In this document: positions 30,643 to 40,046 of the stretch, piece after piece
Layout: each line of letters begins with the position of its first letter
Position numbering within the stretch: position 1 is the first letter of the stretch
Origin: an uncultured Anaerolineales bacterium
GTDB taxonomy: Bacteria > Chloroflexota > Anaerolineae > Anaerolineales > Villigracilaceae
Assembly: GCA_903873975.1 (NCBI GenBank)
Contig: CAIQQN010000294.1
Location: 1 to 61,049, forward strand
Direction: 5' to 3'
Length of the DNA: 61,049 nucleotides
Made by a program: the position numbers and the translations under genes
The notes under the pieces: generated by a model
What the model saw: the letters and a program-made list of their open reading frames with translations, nothing else
The model's database searches: none
Told to the model about the DNA's origin: nothing

Positions 30643-31503
30643 TTATTTTCGGACGAACGTACCGTCCCTTAAATCAGCCAGCGCCTGCTGGATTTCTTCT
30701 TGTGTATTCATAACAAACGGTCCATAAGGGACGATTGGCTCCCCAAAAGTTGCACCGGCCATCAGTATGAAACGTACCTGGGAGTCATTGGCCCGGACTT
30801 CAACCTGGTTACCATCACCAAAGACGGCCATCCTGACAGAGGAAACTTCGGTATTCCCAAATAATCCCTGCCCATCGAATACATAGGCCAGGACGGTGTG
30901 TGCCTCGGAAACCGGCAGGCTGAATCTGGCTCTGGCCTCGAGCCTCACGTCCAGGTATACCGGATTGGCAGTGATCTCCGTTACCGGACCGTGGAGGCCG
31001 GCCACCGTGCCTGCAACCACGCGCACTCGGCAGCCGTTCTTATCGAACACCGGTATAGTTTCGGTGCCTACTTCCTGGTAACGTGGACGGGACATTTTTT
31101 GCGCGGCAGGCAGGTTGACCCATAACTGAAAACCATCAATGATCCCATCTGGTCCGCGGCGAGGCATCTCCTCGTGCAAAATACCGCCTCCGGCGGTCAT
31201 CCATTGCACATCGCCCGGACCAATGAGACCGGCGTTGCCCAGGCTGTCGCGGTGATTAACGCTCCCTTTGAGAATATAGGTGACCGTCTCGATGCCACGG
31301 TGAGGATGCATCGGAAACCCGCGGATAGGGTCATCCGCTGGGTCGTTGAAGGCGAAGTGATCAAATAAGAGGAAAGGGTCAAACCGGTTGGAAAGCATTG
31401 GTGCGATGGAACGGCGCAGGAGCACGCCGGCGCCTTCCAAGACATATTGCGGTTCGATGATTTCTTTAATAGTGCGATTGTTAAGCATACTAAGATACTC
31501 CAA
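30643..31503 (-). CDS. Pirin-family protein
   Basis: FPMHPHRGIETVTYILKG and GDVQWMTAGGGILHEE, a bicupin of the expected length. Confidence 0.9.
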   Translation of the reverse strand: MEYLSMLNNRTIKEIIEPQYVLEGAGVLLRRSIAPMLSNRFDPFLLFDHFAFNDPADDPIRGFPMHPHRGIETVTYILKGSVNHRDSLGNAGLIGPGDVQWMTAGGGILHEEMPRRGPDGIIDGFQLWVNLPAAQKMSRPRYQEVGTETIPVFDKNGCRVRVVAGTVAGLHGPVTEITANPVYLDVRLEARARFSLPVSEAHTVLAYVFDGQGLFGNTEVSSVRMAVFGDGNQVEVRANDSQVRFILMAGATFGEPIVPYGPFVMNTQEEIQQALADLRDGTFVRK

Positions 31504-31519
31504 ATTATTATTTTTACAA

Positions 31520-32287
31520 CTACTTCAGGCTGAAACCTTGTTTTTCCAATGCAGCGCGTAGTCCTATCCGTAAAACCTGTGAGACGCGCCGGGCAGAATG
31601 TTCCATCCAACTGTAATCTTCCACCTCATCTCGCTTGCCCGGGACTGGAACCTGGCGCCCCTTGTAAATACCGGTGGCGATCATGGTCGCATCGTAAGCG
31701 TACAAGGCGTCGTCTTCATTGGTGCGATTGTAGGTTTCCCAGTGAAGCACGGACTGGAGTGGCAAGCGCGGCTTGATGTTCATTTGTTTATCAGGCCAGC
31801 CGAGAGTCATCCCAATGAGGGGGAAGGTCAGCCGTGGCAGGCCGAGCAGTTCGATGACTTCAGCCGGGTTGTTGCGAATGGTTCCGATGTAGCAGGTACC
31901 TAATCCGAGCGACTCGGCAGCCAAGGCGGCATTCTGAGCCGCGATAGCCACATCTACAGCGGCGATGAGAAAATTTTCGACATATTCAGTTACCTGGGTA
32001 TAGCCGCGTAATTGGCAGACGCGCTCGAGGCGCGCCAAGTCCGCACACCAAACCAGAAAGGCTGGGGCTTCGCGGATATGGGCCTGGTTGCCGCACAACT
32101 CCGAGAGCTGGACGCGCATTCCTATGTCTGTCACTGCGACGACGCTGTAGGATTGCAGGTTGGACGAGGTGGATGCACACTGTGCGGCGGTGATAATGGT
32201 CTCGATCACGGAAGCAGGCAACGGGTCCGGTTTGTAGCGGCGGACGGAGGTGTGTTTATAAATGAGGTCAAGTGTGGGATTGTTCAT
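31520..32287 (-). CDS. NfsA-like NAD(P)H nitroreductase
   Basis: HTSVRRYKPDPLP, SSNLQSYSVV and GLGTCYIG. The start is trimmed to ATG 32287. Confidence 0.85.
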   Translation of the reverse strand: MNNPTLDLIYKHTSVRRYKPDPLPASVIETIITAAQCASTSSNLQSYSVVAVTDIGMRVQLSELCGNQAHIREAPAFLVWCADLARLERVCQLRGYTQVTEYVENFLIAAVDVAIAAQNAALAAESLGLGTCYIGTIRNNPAEVIELLGLPRLTFPLIGMTLGWPDKQMNIKPRLPLQSVLHWETYNRTNEDDALYAYDATMIATGIYKGRQVPVPGKRDEVEDYSWMEHSARRVSQVLRIGLRAALEKQGFSLK

Positions 32288-32581
32288 ACAATCTTGTTTT
32301 CCTAAAAGCAAAAGATGGAAAATGAGAGAATGGAATTATTGTAAACTAAACAGAGTTATCGAACAACCTCTGTAACAAGGGTGTTCGTCACATCATCAGT
32401 GGGCGAGTTTGAGAAAAAAGTATGATATTGGAGCCATTATTGATCCAGGAGATGGCCGGATCGGCGTAGAGGCACAAACCTTTTTTGGGTCACTGTAGGG
32501 GATGTTCGTCCCGTTGGAAGGTGACATTATTCCTGATTTCGCAACGGCATGAGAAAGTACAATAAACACCAGGAGACTCTT

Positions 32582-34054
32582 ATGCCCATTTTTACTCCCG
32601 GCCGTCGTTGGCAACCACCCTTTATGCCTTTCAAACGTGAACCTCCAACCCGCCGTCTGTTGGTTTCTGCAGAGATTATTATTAAAGGACCATTATGGGG
32701 TTGCCGGATGTGCGGAAACTGCCTGCTGCAGGAGACGGCCTTCATCTGCCCGATGGAATGTCCCAAAGGCCTGCGCAATGGGCCATGTGGTGGGTCCACA
32801 CCGGAGAGTTGTTATGTGGATAAGACCCGACCCTGCATCTGGTACAAAGTCTATGAACGTTCGTTCAACATGGGTCGCCAGGAGAAACTTATGGAAGTCC
32901 TGCCGCCACTGGACTGGGAGAAAGTCGGTTCCGAGACTTGGGGGGATGTGGCCGGGCAGGTCAAGAAGATGGGAACCGGAAATGTTGTAAAAGGACTGGT
33001 TTCACCCAAAAAACGTTACCAGACTTGGGAAGGGATTTTCCGACCCGTCCGCCAACCGGATTGGTGGCAGGGGGATAGCGAATACCATGAGCCGAAATAT
33101 AAAGAACCGGTCTCGGAACTGGAACGCCGCCTTAAGGCAGGAGAATTTGTGGTGGCTTGCGAGATCACCCCACCTTTATCTGTCTCGACCAATAAACTGA
33201 CCAGCAATATTGACCTTGTAAAACAATATGTTACAGCCATCAATTTTACCGACAACGCCTCGGCTACCCCGCGCATGACCTCCTGGGCGTGCAGTAAATT
33301 TGCCATCGAACGGGGCGCTGAACCCGTTATGCAGATCGCCGCCCGCGACCGAACGCGCGCCGGGTTGCAGGGCGAAATCCTGGGTGCATCGGCTCTGGGC
33401 GTACGAAACGTGCTGTGTGTAACCGGCGATAGTGCAGTTTTGGCACCCCAGCCGCGCGGTCGAATGGATATCAATGACCTGGATGCCGTCCAGATGCTCT
33501 GGATCCTTCGACGCATGCGGGATGATGGCCGCTACCTGGATGGACGCGAGATCAAGTTTCCACCCAGGTATTTCCTGGGTGCGGCTGCATCACCGTTCGC
33601 TTCCGATCCAAAATTCCAGGCTATGCGCGAACACAAGAAGGTAAACGCGGGAGCCCAGTTCTTCCAGACCAACCTGGTCTACGATATCGAGCGCATGGAA
33701 ATCTGGCTCAACGAACTTGCCAAGAGAAACATCCTGGGAAAAGTCTATATCATGATAGGCATTACGCCTCTCAAGAGCCTGAAAATGGCCCGCTACATGA
33801 CCGAAGTACCGGGTGTATGGGTGCCGGAACCGATATTGAAGCGCATGGAAGATGCAGACGGAGCCGGTAACGCCCAGGAAGAAGGTGTGCAAATCGCCCT
33901 GGAACTAGCCAGGAAGATCAAGAAATACGAAAAGCAGGGCATCCACGGCTTGCATATCATGCCGGTCGGATGGGAAGATATCGTACCGCGTATCGTCACT
34001 GAATCTGGTCTGCTGCCGGAGAGCTTTGTACCCTCGCAACAGCTCAAAAAATAA
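32582..34054 (+). CDS. metF: Fusion of a MetV-type Cys-rich (MTHFR_C) module to methylenetetrahydrofolate reductase MetF
   Basis: N-terminal CRMCGNCLLQETAFICPMECPKGLRNGPCGG. The MetF TIM barrel follows (VVACEITPP, INFTDNASA, VLCVTGD, AGAQFFQTNLVYD, GLHIMPVG). ATG 32582 has AGGAG 6 nt upstream. Confidence 0.8.
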   Translation: MPIFTPGRRWQPPFMPFKREPPTRRLLVSAEIIIKGPLWGCRMCGNCLLQETAFICPMECPKGLRNGPCGGSTPESCYVDKTRPCIWYKVYERSFNMGRQEKLMEVLPPLDWEKVGSETWGDVAGQVKKMGTGNVVKGLVSPKKRYQTWEGIFRPVRQPDWWQGDSEYHEPKYKEPVSELERRLKAGEFVVACEITPPLSVSTNKLTSNIDLVKQYVTAINFTDNASATPRMTSWACSKFAIERGAEPVMQIAARDRTRAGLQGEILGASALGVRNVLCVTGDSAVLAPQPRGRMDINDLDAVQMLWILRRMRDDGRYLDGREIKFPPRYFLGAAASPFASDPKFQAMREHKKVNAGAQFFQTNLVYDIERMEIWLNELAKRNILGKVYIMIGITPLKSLKMARYMTEVPGVWVPEPILKRMEDADGAGNAQEEGVQIALELARKIKKYEKQGIHGLHIMPVGWEDIVPRIVTESGLLPESFVPSQQLKK

Positions 34055-34076
34055 TTCCCCATTGATTGGAGAACCT

Positions 34077-34919
34077 ATGTCATTGGAAAACCGTATAGAC
34101 GCTTTGTTACCACAAGAAATGGCTGAAAAAGCTGAAACAGCAGGGGTCCGCAAGGCTGCATTATCCTTTCTGCCTTTGTTTGCTCTGGCTATACTCGCTG
34201 GGGCATTCATCGGATTGGGCGCCATGTTTGCCACCACCACTGCTGCTGCTTCCTCGACTCTACCTTACGGCGTGGCACGTCTGCTGATCGGCCTGGCGTT
34301 CTGCCTTGGCTTGATCCTGGTCGTAGTCGGAGGGGCGGAACTGTTCACCGGGAACAATCTGATCGTGATGGCTTGGGCAAGCCGCAAGATCAGCACATGG
34401 GCGCTTCTGCGCAACTGGCTAGTTGTTTACGTGGGGAATTTTGTTGGATCATTGGGGACCGCCCTGTTGGTCTTCTTTGGGAAACAGTATGCAGCTGGTG
34501 GAGGTTCGGTGGGGGAAGCCGCCCTCAAGATCGCTGTTGGGAAGGTTAACCTGGGATTTGTCCAAGCGCTGGCGCTGGGTATCCTGTGCAACTGCCTCGT
34601 CTGTCTGGCGGTCTGGTTGACCTTTAGCGCCCGCAGCGTAGCGGATAAGATCCTGGCCATCATTTTCCCGATTTCGGGCTTTGTGGCAGCCGGTTTTGAG
34701 CACTCAGTCGCCAATATGTATTTCATCCCTTATACCCTTCTAATCAAGGCTTTTGACCCAGGCTTCGTTACGGCGAAGGCGATCGATTTATCCAGTCTGA
34801 CCTGGGGTGCGTTCTTCTTGAAGAATCTGCTCCCGGTCACTCTTGGAAATATCATCGGGGGTGCCATGCTTGTTGCCGCCATGTATTGGTTCATCTATCT
34901 GCGAAAAAGGAATAACTAA
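34077..34919 (+). CDS. Formate/nitrite transporter (FNT) family channel
   Basis: GGAELFTGNN, LGILCNCLVCLAVW and FEHSVANMYF. ATG 34077 follows GGAG. Confidence 0.9.
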   Translation: MSLENRIDALLPQEMAEKAETAGVRKAALSFLPLFALAILAGAFIGLGAMFATTTAAASSTLPYGVARLLIGLAFCLGLILVVVGGAELFTGNNLIVMAWASRKISTWALLRNWLVVYVGNFVGSLGTALLVFFGKQYAAGGGSVGEAALKIAVGKVNLGFVQALALGILCNCLVCLAVWLTFSARSVADKILAIIFPISGFVAAGFEHSVANMYFIPYTLLIKAFDPGFVTAKAIDLSSLTWGAFFLKNLLPVTLGNIIGGAMLVAAMYWFIYLRKRNN

Positions 34920-35087
34920 ATACTGGTTGGCTTGGCAGAATGTGTGTTTTGCAGTGTCATAAAAACCAATTTGCTGGAATTAGGGCGAGAATACGGAATT
35001 ATAAAATATGGTTTGGAATATTTCGTTACATAATGGCATCTCGTATGCAATGACACAATCGGTAAAACATCCCAGCAGGAAAATCCT

Positions 35088-35957
35088 TTGAATATTCTCA
35101 GTGTAACTTACTTCTTAAACGGCTTCTTAATGATCGCTTTACCTATTGGCTTGACGATCTATTTGACGCGCAGATTCAAACAAGGATGGCGCTTGTTCTG
35201 GATCGGCGCATTGATATTCCTCTTTTCGCAAGTATTGCATATTCCATTCAATGCACTGGTGACCCCCTTCTTTAACCAATATGGTTTTATATCCCTACCA
35301 GTGGATTTACAGAATGTAATCCTCTCTGTATTTCTTGGTTTGAGTGCCGGATTGTTCGAAGAATTTTCACGCTATGCCATGTACCGTTGGTGGGCAAAAG
35401 AAGCCCGTTCCTGGGGACAGGGATTACTGGCAGGGGCGGGTCACGGAGGAATTGAAGCAATCGTTCTCGGTCTCCTGGTACTATATGGATATGTTCAAAT
35501 GCAGATTGTACGAGGAATGGATGTATCAACGCTGGTAACACCTGATAAGGTTGAATTGGCTAATGCCCAAATCCAAGCATATTGGTCGGCTCCCTGGTAT
35601 ATGACCTTGCTTGGGGCGCTGGAGCGTTTATTTACCATTCCACTTCACCTGGCATGCTCGATAATTGTTTTGCAGGCATTCACACGCAAGAAATTCTGGT
35701 GGGTGGGTCTGGCGATTTTATTCCACGCTCTTGCGGATGGCGTAGGTGTTTTTATTTCGAAAATTGGATTTTCCGCTTTGGCCATCGAGGGGATAATTGG
35801 CATCTTTGCGATCGCGAGCGTGATAATTGTTTTTGTATTGCGCCAGCCTGAACTTCCTGCGGAAGCGGTCCTTGCTCCAGTATTAACACCGGAATTCAAA
35901 CCTGAACCGATCGATGAGACCAAAGAAAATCTGAACCAGACGCGTTACCATTCATAA
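35088..35957 (+). CDS. YhfC/DUF2324-family intramembrane metalloprotease
   Basis: TTG start after AGGA. Polytopic, with an EExxR motif (GLFEEFSRY), GHGGIEA and HALADG. Confidence 0.7.
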   Translation: MNILSVTYFLNGFLMIALPIGLTIYLTRRFKQGWRLFWIGALIFLFSQVLHIPFNALVTPFFNQYGFISLPVDLQNVILSVFLGLSAGLFEEFSRYAMYRWWAKEARSWGQGLLAGAGHGGIEAIVLGLLVLYGYVQMQIVRGMDVSTLVTPDKVELANAQIQAYWSAPWYMTLLGALERLFTIPLHLACSIIVLQAFTRKKFWWVGLAILFHALADGVGVFISKIGFSALAIEGIIGIFAIASVIIVFVLRQPELPAEAVLAPVLTPEFKPEPIDETKENLNQTRYHS

Positions 35958-35964
35958 AAGAGGC

Positions 35965-36876
35965 ATGATGATTCATACGGATAATTTGGCAAAAAAATTT
36001 GGGGCGATCCAGGCAGTGGAAAGCCTCAGCCTGGAGGTGGCTGAGGGCGAGGTGTTTGGTTTTCTCGGTCCAAATGGAGCCGGAAAGACGACCACTGTGC
36101 GCATGTTGACCAGCCTGATTGGTCCAACCAGCGGCTCGGCAACGGTGGCCGGATTCACGGTTGGCCGGCAGGATACCGAAATCCGACGCACCGTCGGTGT
36201 GCTGACCGAAACGCCCGGCATGTATGACAACCTTTCGGCTGAGTACAACCTGCGTATTTTTGCCGAGTTGCAGGAAGTCCGCGATGTGACCGGCCAGGTC
36301 GAGAAATATCTAAAGATGCTAGGCCTGTGGGAGCGACGTTTCGATGCTGCTGGTACATTCTCGAAGGGTATGAAGCAGAAGCTGGCAATTGCACGGGCTC
36401 TGCTGCACGAGCCGCGCATCCTGTTCCTTGATGAGCCAACAGCGGCGCTAGACCCGGAAGCTGCACACCTCGTCCGTGATTTTATCGCCGAATTAAAGAA
36501 AGAAGGACGCACGATCTTCCTCTGCACACACAACCTTGACGAAGCTGACCGCCTGTGTGACCGCATCGGAGTCTTCAAGACTCGGCTGTTGGTGGTGGAT
36601 TCTCCGACCAACCTACGTACATCGGTCTTCGGGCGGAAGGTGGTTTTTCATCTACGCCTCGCAGATGAGCTGATGGCTCGATCTGTTCAGGAATTGCCGT
36701 TTGTGCGCGAAGTTAAGGTCGTTGAGAATAAACTCATCGTTACTCTGGATGACCCCGAGACCCATAATCCCGACATCCTCCGTTTGCTGGTCAAAGCCGG
36801 TGCGGACATACAGTTTGTTGGCGAATTGCGCCATTCGTTGGAAGATGTCTATTTGCAGTTGGTGCAGAAAGCGTAG
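35965..36876 (+). CDS. ABC transporter ATP-binding protein (ABC-2 subtype)
   Basis: GPNGAGKTTTVRML, a signature-like FSKGMKQKLAIARAL, and ILFLDEPTAALD. Confidence 0.9.
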   Translation: MMIHTDNLAKKFGAIQAVESLSLEVAEGEVFGFLGPNGAGKTTTVRMLTSLIGPTSGSATVAGFTVGRQDTEIRRTVGVLTETPGMYDNLSAEYNLRIFAELQEVRDVTGQVEKYLKMLGLWERRFDAAGTFSKGMKQKLAIARALLHEPRILFLDEPTAALDPEAAHLVRDFIAELKKEGRTIFLCTHNLDEADRLCDRIGVFKTRLLVVDSPTNLRTSVFGRKVVFHLRLADELMARSVQELPFVREVKVVENKLIVTLDDPETHNPDILRLLVKAGADIQFVGELRHSLEDVYLQLVQKA

Positions 36877-36882
36877 GCGATT

Positions 36883-37677
36883 ATGAAGAAGATAAAAACC
36901 ATCATTCGTAAGGAATGGGCAGAAGTTTTCAAGAACCGCATGGTGATCTTCACTGTTGCCTTCTTGCCATTGTTATTGATCGCCATACCGCTTGGGGTCT
37001 TGTATGGCATGCATGCCACCATACCGGCGTCATCTTCGACGAGTGCGTTGCCAGACGAAATGACCCAATCCATGTGTCCGAGTGGATTAAACGCTTCAGA
37101 TTGTATGCAGGTATTCCTGATCAGTGAGTTCATGATGCTGTTCATGCTGGTGCCGGTGGCAATCCCAGTCACAATTGCAGCCTATTCGATCGTCGGCGAG
37201 AAGACCACCCGCAGCCTGGAACCACTCCTGGCTACGCCTATTACAACGGCAGAGTTGTTGATAGGCAAGTGCCTGGCAGCGATCATCCCGGCGGTGCTGG
37301 CAACCTATGCCGCCTTCGGGATTTTTGCACTCGGTTCTTGGATAATCCTGGCGAATAAGGTCCTGCTTACCGCCCTGTTGGATCTGCGCTGGCTAATTGC
37401 CATTTTCATTGTAGGACCATTGATCGCCACTCTTGCGGTGACCTTCTCGCTGATGGTTTCGTCGCGTGTAAACGATCCGCGCGCAGCAGAACAAATTTCG
37501 ATGGTGGTGATCCTGCCGGTACTAGCCGGGTTCTTTGGCCAGGTAGCAGGCATTTTTGTACTGAATGCCCGTTTGATCAGTATTGTGGCAGTGATCATGC
37601 TGGCGCTGGATGTGGTGATGTTATTCCTGACCACCCGCATCTTCCAGCGGGAACAGATTCTTACCCGATGGAAATAA
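36883..37677 (+). CDS. ABC-2 family permease
   Basis: 264 aa with six hydrophobic helices, lying immediately after the ATPase gene. Confidence 0.75.
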   Translation: MKKIKTIIRKEWAEVFKNRMVIFTVAFLPLLLIAIPLGVLYGMHATIPASSSTSALPDEMTQSMCPSGLNASDCMQVFLISEFMMLFMLVPVAIPVTIAAYSIVGEKTTRSLEPLLATPITTAELLIGKCLAAIIPAVLATYAAFGIFALGSWIILANKVLLTALLDLRWLIAIFIVGPLIATLAVTFSLMVSSRVNDPRAAEQISMVVILPVLAGFFGQVAGIFVLNARLISIVAVIMLALDVVMLFLTTRIFQREQILTRWK

Positions 37678-37688
37678 AGAGGTGTGAC

Positions 37689-38441
37689 ATGAAAATTAAA
37701 CGGATTGCCCTAATCCTGCTGGCTTTTTTCAGCCTGTTGTTCGTCAATACGGTATTTGCCCAGACAGGACAATTGACTCTCAGGATGTCGCGCGATTGGG
37801 GATACGGTGGTTTCAATGGGGATATTGAAGGCTTATTCTCGATGCGTGTAACTGGACCAGCAGACCTGGCGCGGGTAGAGTTCTACATTGATAGTGCAAA
37901 AATCGGAGAAGTAACCCAGCCGCCATTCAACCTTCAGTTCAATACTGACGATTATCCACTCGGCAACCACCAATTATATGCTGTCGGGTATTCCACCAGC
38001 GAGCAGGAATACCATTCGAACATAATCCCAGCAAATTTTGTTCCGAAACAATCAACGTTGAAGTTTATCCTCCCTGTTTTAGGTGTGATCTTGGTAGCAG
38101 TCCTGCTGTCGACTCTTGTGCCTTTGCTTGCCCAACGCGGCAAGCACCTCAATTTACCGCTGGGAGCTGAACGGAAATACGGTGCAGGCGGTGGGGGGAT
38201 CTGCCCAAAGTGCCATCGCCCATTTGCCCTGCCTCTGTTCAGCGCCAACCTGGGGTTGTCCAAACTAGCATCTTGTCCATTCTGCGGTAAATGGAGTCTG
38301 GTGCGGGTCGAGTCAATAAGCAAATTGCGCGAAGCTGAAAAGGCGGAATTGGAACAGGCGAAACCTGGGGAGCAAATTGCCAGCGAAACGGAAGAGGAGA
38401 AATTAAGAAGAGAGTTGGATGCTTCAAAATATAAGGAGTAG
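37689..38441 (+). CDS. Type-I membrane protein: signal peptide, Ig-like ectodomain, TM helix, cytoplasmic CxxC..CxxC zinc ribbon
   Basis: Signal peptide ..NTVFA/Q and an Ig-like VEFYIDSAKIGEVTQPPFNLQFNT. The TM helix is FILPVLGVILVAVLLSTLVPLLA and the zinc ribbon is CPKCHRPF..CPFCGKW. The charged tail follows. The long form of the ORF overlaps the end of the permease gene. Confidence 0.6.
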   Translation: MKIKRIALILLAFFSLLFVNTVFAQTGQLTLRMSRDWGYGGFNGDIEGLFSMRVTGPADLARVEFYIDSAKIGEVTQPPFNLQFNTDDYPLGNHQLYAVGYSTSEQEYHSNIIPANFVPKQSTLKFILPVLGVILVAVLLSTLVPLLAQRGKHLNLPLGAERKYGAGGGGICPKCHRPFALPLFSANLGLSKLASCPFCGKWSLVRVESISKLREAEKAELEQAKPGEQIASETEEEKLRRELDASKYKE

Positions 38442-38444
38442 GGA

Positions 38445-38475
38445 ATTAGGGCGGAATCATAGACTCCGCCCTAAT
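38445..38475. terminator. Bidirectional terminator hairpin between convergent genes
   Basis: 11-bp perfect stem attagggcgga / tccgccctaat. Confidence 0.65.
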
Positions 38476-38477
38476 AT

Positions 38478-39629
38478 TTATAGTGCTTTTTCAAGTATTT
38501 CAGTCAATTCCTCTTTCTTTAGCTCAACCGGGTTGCCTTTCATGCTGCTGGCCATTCTGGCCTGATCTACAATTGCTGGGAAGTCTGCTGTAGATACCCC
38601 ATACGAGGCCAGCGGAGGAATGTTCAGGCTCTGCACTAGCTTCTGCACCCAGCGAGTTCCATCTTCAGCTTTGGCCAAAGCATTACCGGTCATAAGTGAC
38701 GCAACCTCACCATAACGATCCAGCACGAGTGAGTTTTTATTACGTATACGGAGGTCATGGATATTAGCTTCCATTACAAATGGAAGCAGCCGGGCGCAGA
38801 TCGCGCCATGTGGGGCGTTGAACATTCCTCCTAGGGGACCGGCGAATCCGTGCACGGCGCCAAGCTTGGCGTTTGCCAGTGCCATACCCCCAAATAGACT
38901 GGCCAGACACATGTCCTCCCGCGCCTCTGCATCCCTTCCATTCTCGAATGCTCTTTGTAAAGAGCGAACAGTCCGCCTGATCCCCTCGCGGCATATTGCA
39001 TCCGTCATCGGATTGGGAGAGTTACAGACAAATGGCTCGATACATTGTGTCAGTGCGTCGATTCCTGTGCTCGCAGTAATTTCCCGTGGCAAGGAATAGG
39101 TCAATTCCGAATCAACGACTGCCAACCTCGGCAGTAAATGTGGACTGCGTAAACTGACCTTGACGCGTTTCTCCCGGACCGAAATCACTGCATTACGTGT
39201 CACCTCCGACCCGGTGCCGGCAGTGGTAGGGATGGCAATATATGGTATGGATGCTATTTCCAGCGGTCGCCCCATCCCGACTACTTCCAGGTAGTCGAGT
39301 AAAACCCCGGGATTGGTCAGCAGCGCGGCGACGGCTTTACCCATATCCAGGGTGGATCCACCACCTATGCCAACGACCAGATCACAAGTGCCTTCGCGGG
39401 CGAGACGGACAGTCTCGAGTACACTTTGTTCTGTCGGTTCTCCCCGGACAGGGCAGGGGAGAGGAGTCAGACCTATAGCCTCCAGTTGCTCAATAAGTGG
39501 ATTCGCTAGACTGAACAGGTCGTACAAAACAAACGCATGGCAGCCGAAAGTCTTTGCCACAACAGGGACTTCTGAAACGGTTCCTGACCCAAACAGGATA
39601 CGATTGGAAGTAGAAAATTCGAAGCGCAC
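38478..39629 (-). CDS. Iron-containing (group III) alcohol dehydrogenase
   Basis: VVGIGGGSTLDMGKA plus the His-rich metal site region (..AVHGFAGPLGG..APHGAICA). Confidence 0.9.
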   Translation of the reverse strand: MRFEFSTSNRILFGSGTVSEVPVVAKTFGCHAFVLYDLFSLANPLIEQLEAIGLTPLPCPVRGEPTEQSVLETVRLAREGTCDLVVGIGGGSTLDMGKAVAALLTNPGVLLDYLEVVGMGRPLEIASIPYIAIPTTAGTGSEVTRNAVISVREKRVKVSLRSPHLLPRLAVVDSELTYSLPREITASTGIDALTQCIEPFVCNSPNPMTDAICREGIRRTVRSLQRAFENGRDAEAREDMCLASLFGGMALANAKLGAVHGFAGPLGGMFNAPHGAICARLLPFVMEANIHDLRIRNKNSLVLDRYGEVASLMTGNALAKAEDGTRWVQKLVQSLNIPPLASYGVSTADFPAIVDQARMASSMKGNPVELKKEELTEILEKAL

Positions 39630-39630
39630 G

Positions 39631-39954
39631 CTAATCCCCTAATTGACTTGAGTAACCAATATCACCGGGAAAAATATTTTTATAAACAACCCGTGTGCGC
39701 GGTTCCGTCATCATTGGCTCAGCAATATCCCGCCAATGGTTATAGTGCTCAGTTTCCTTATGCAGGCCGGCGTCTTCTGGCGATAGGTATACCTCGAGCA
39801 AAACAAAACGGGTGGGGTCGTCAGCCTGCTGTATGACATCAAAACGGGCGATGCCTGGTTCGCCAGTACTTTTCCCAGCGTTCTCTCTTGTAGCAGCGAT
39901 GAAAGAATCAATCAGATTGGGCTTTACGTGAACATGGACGTGAACGATATACAT
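39631..39954 (-). CDS. ABM (antibiotic-biosynthesis-monooxygenase-like) domain protein
   Basis: 107 aa with a ferredoxin-like ABM pattern ([25 protein letters not shown]...DP..F.L.EVY). Only 1 nt separates it from the ADH gene. Confidence 0.8.
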   Translation of the reverse strand: MYIVHVHVHVKPNLIDSFIAATRENAGKSTGEPGIARFDVIQQADDPTRFVLLEVYLSPEDAGLHKETEHYNHWRDIAEPMMTEPRTRVVYKNIFPGDIGYSSQLGD

Positions 39955-40046
39955 AGATCTTCTCCAGCTTGAATTTTATCAAAATGCGCATAGCCAATGA
40001 CATATAAAATAACAACAAATACACCACATCTCATAATAAAAATACA

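Noticed and set aside
32312-32581. A SAM (S-box), THF or ZTP riboswitch upstream of metVF.
   Set aside because: I could not find the conserved core strings of these classes by eye. The region is kept only as an unexplained long leader, and Rfam cmscan should decide.
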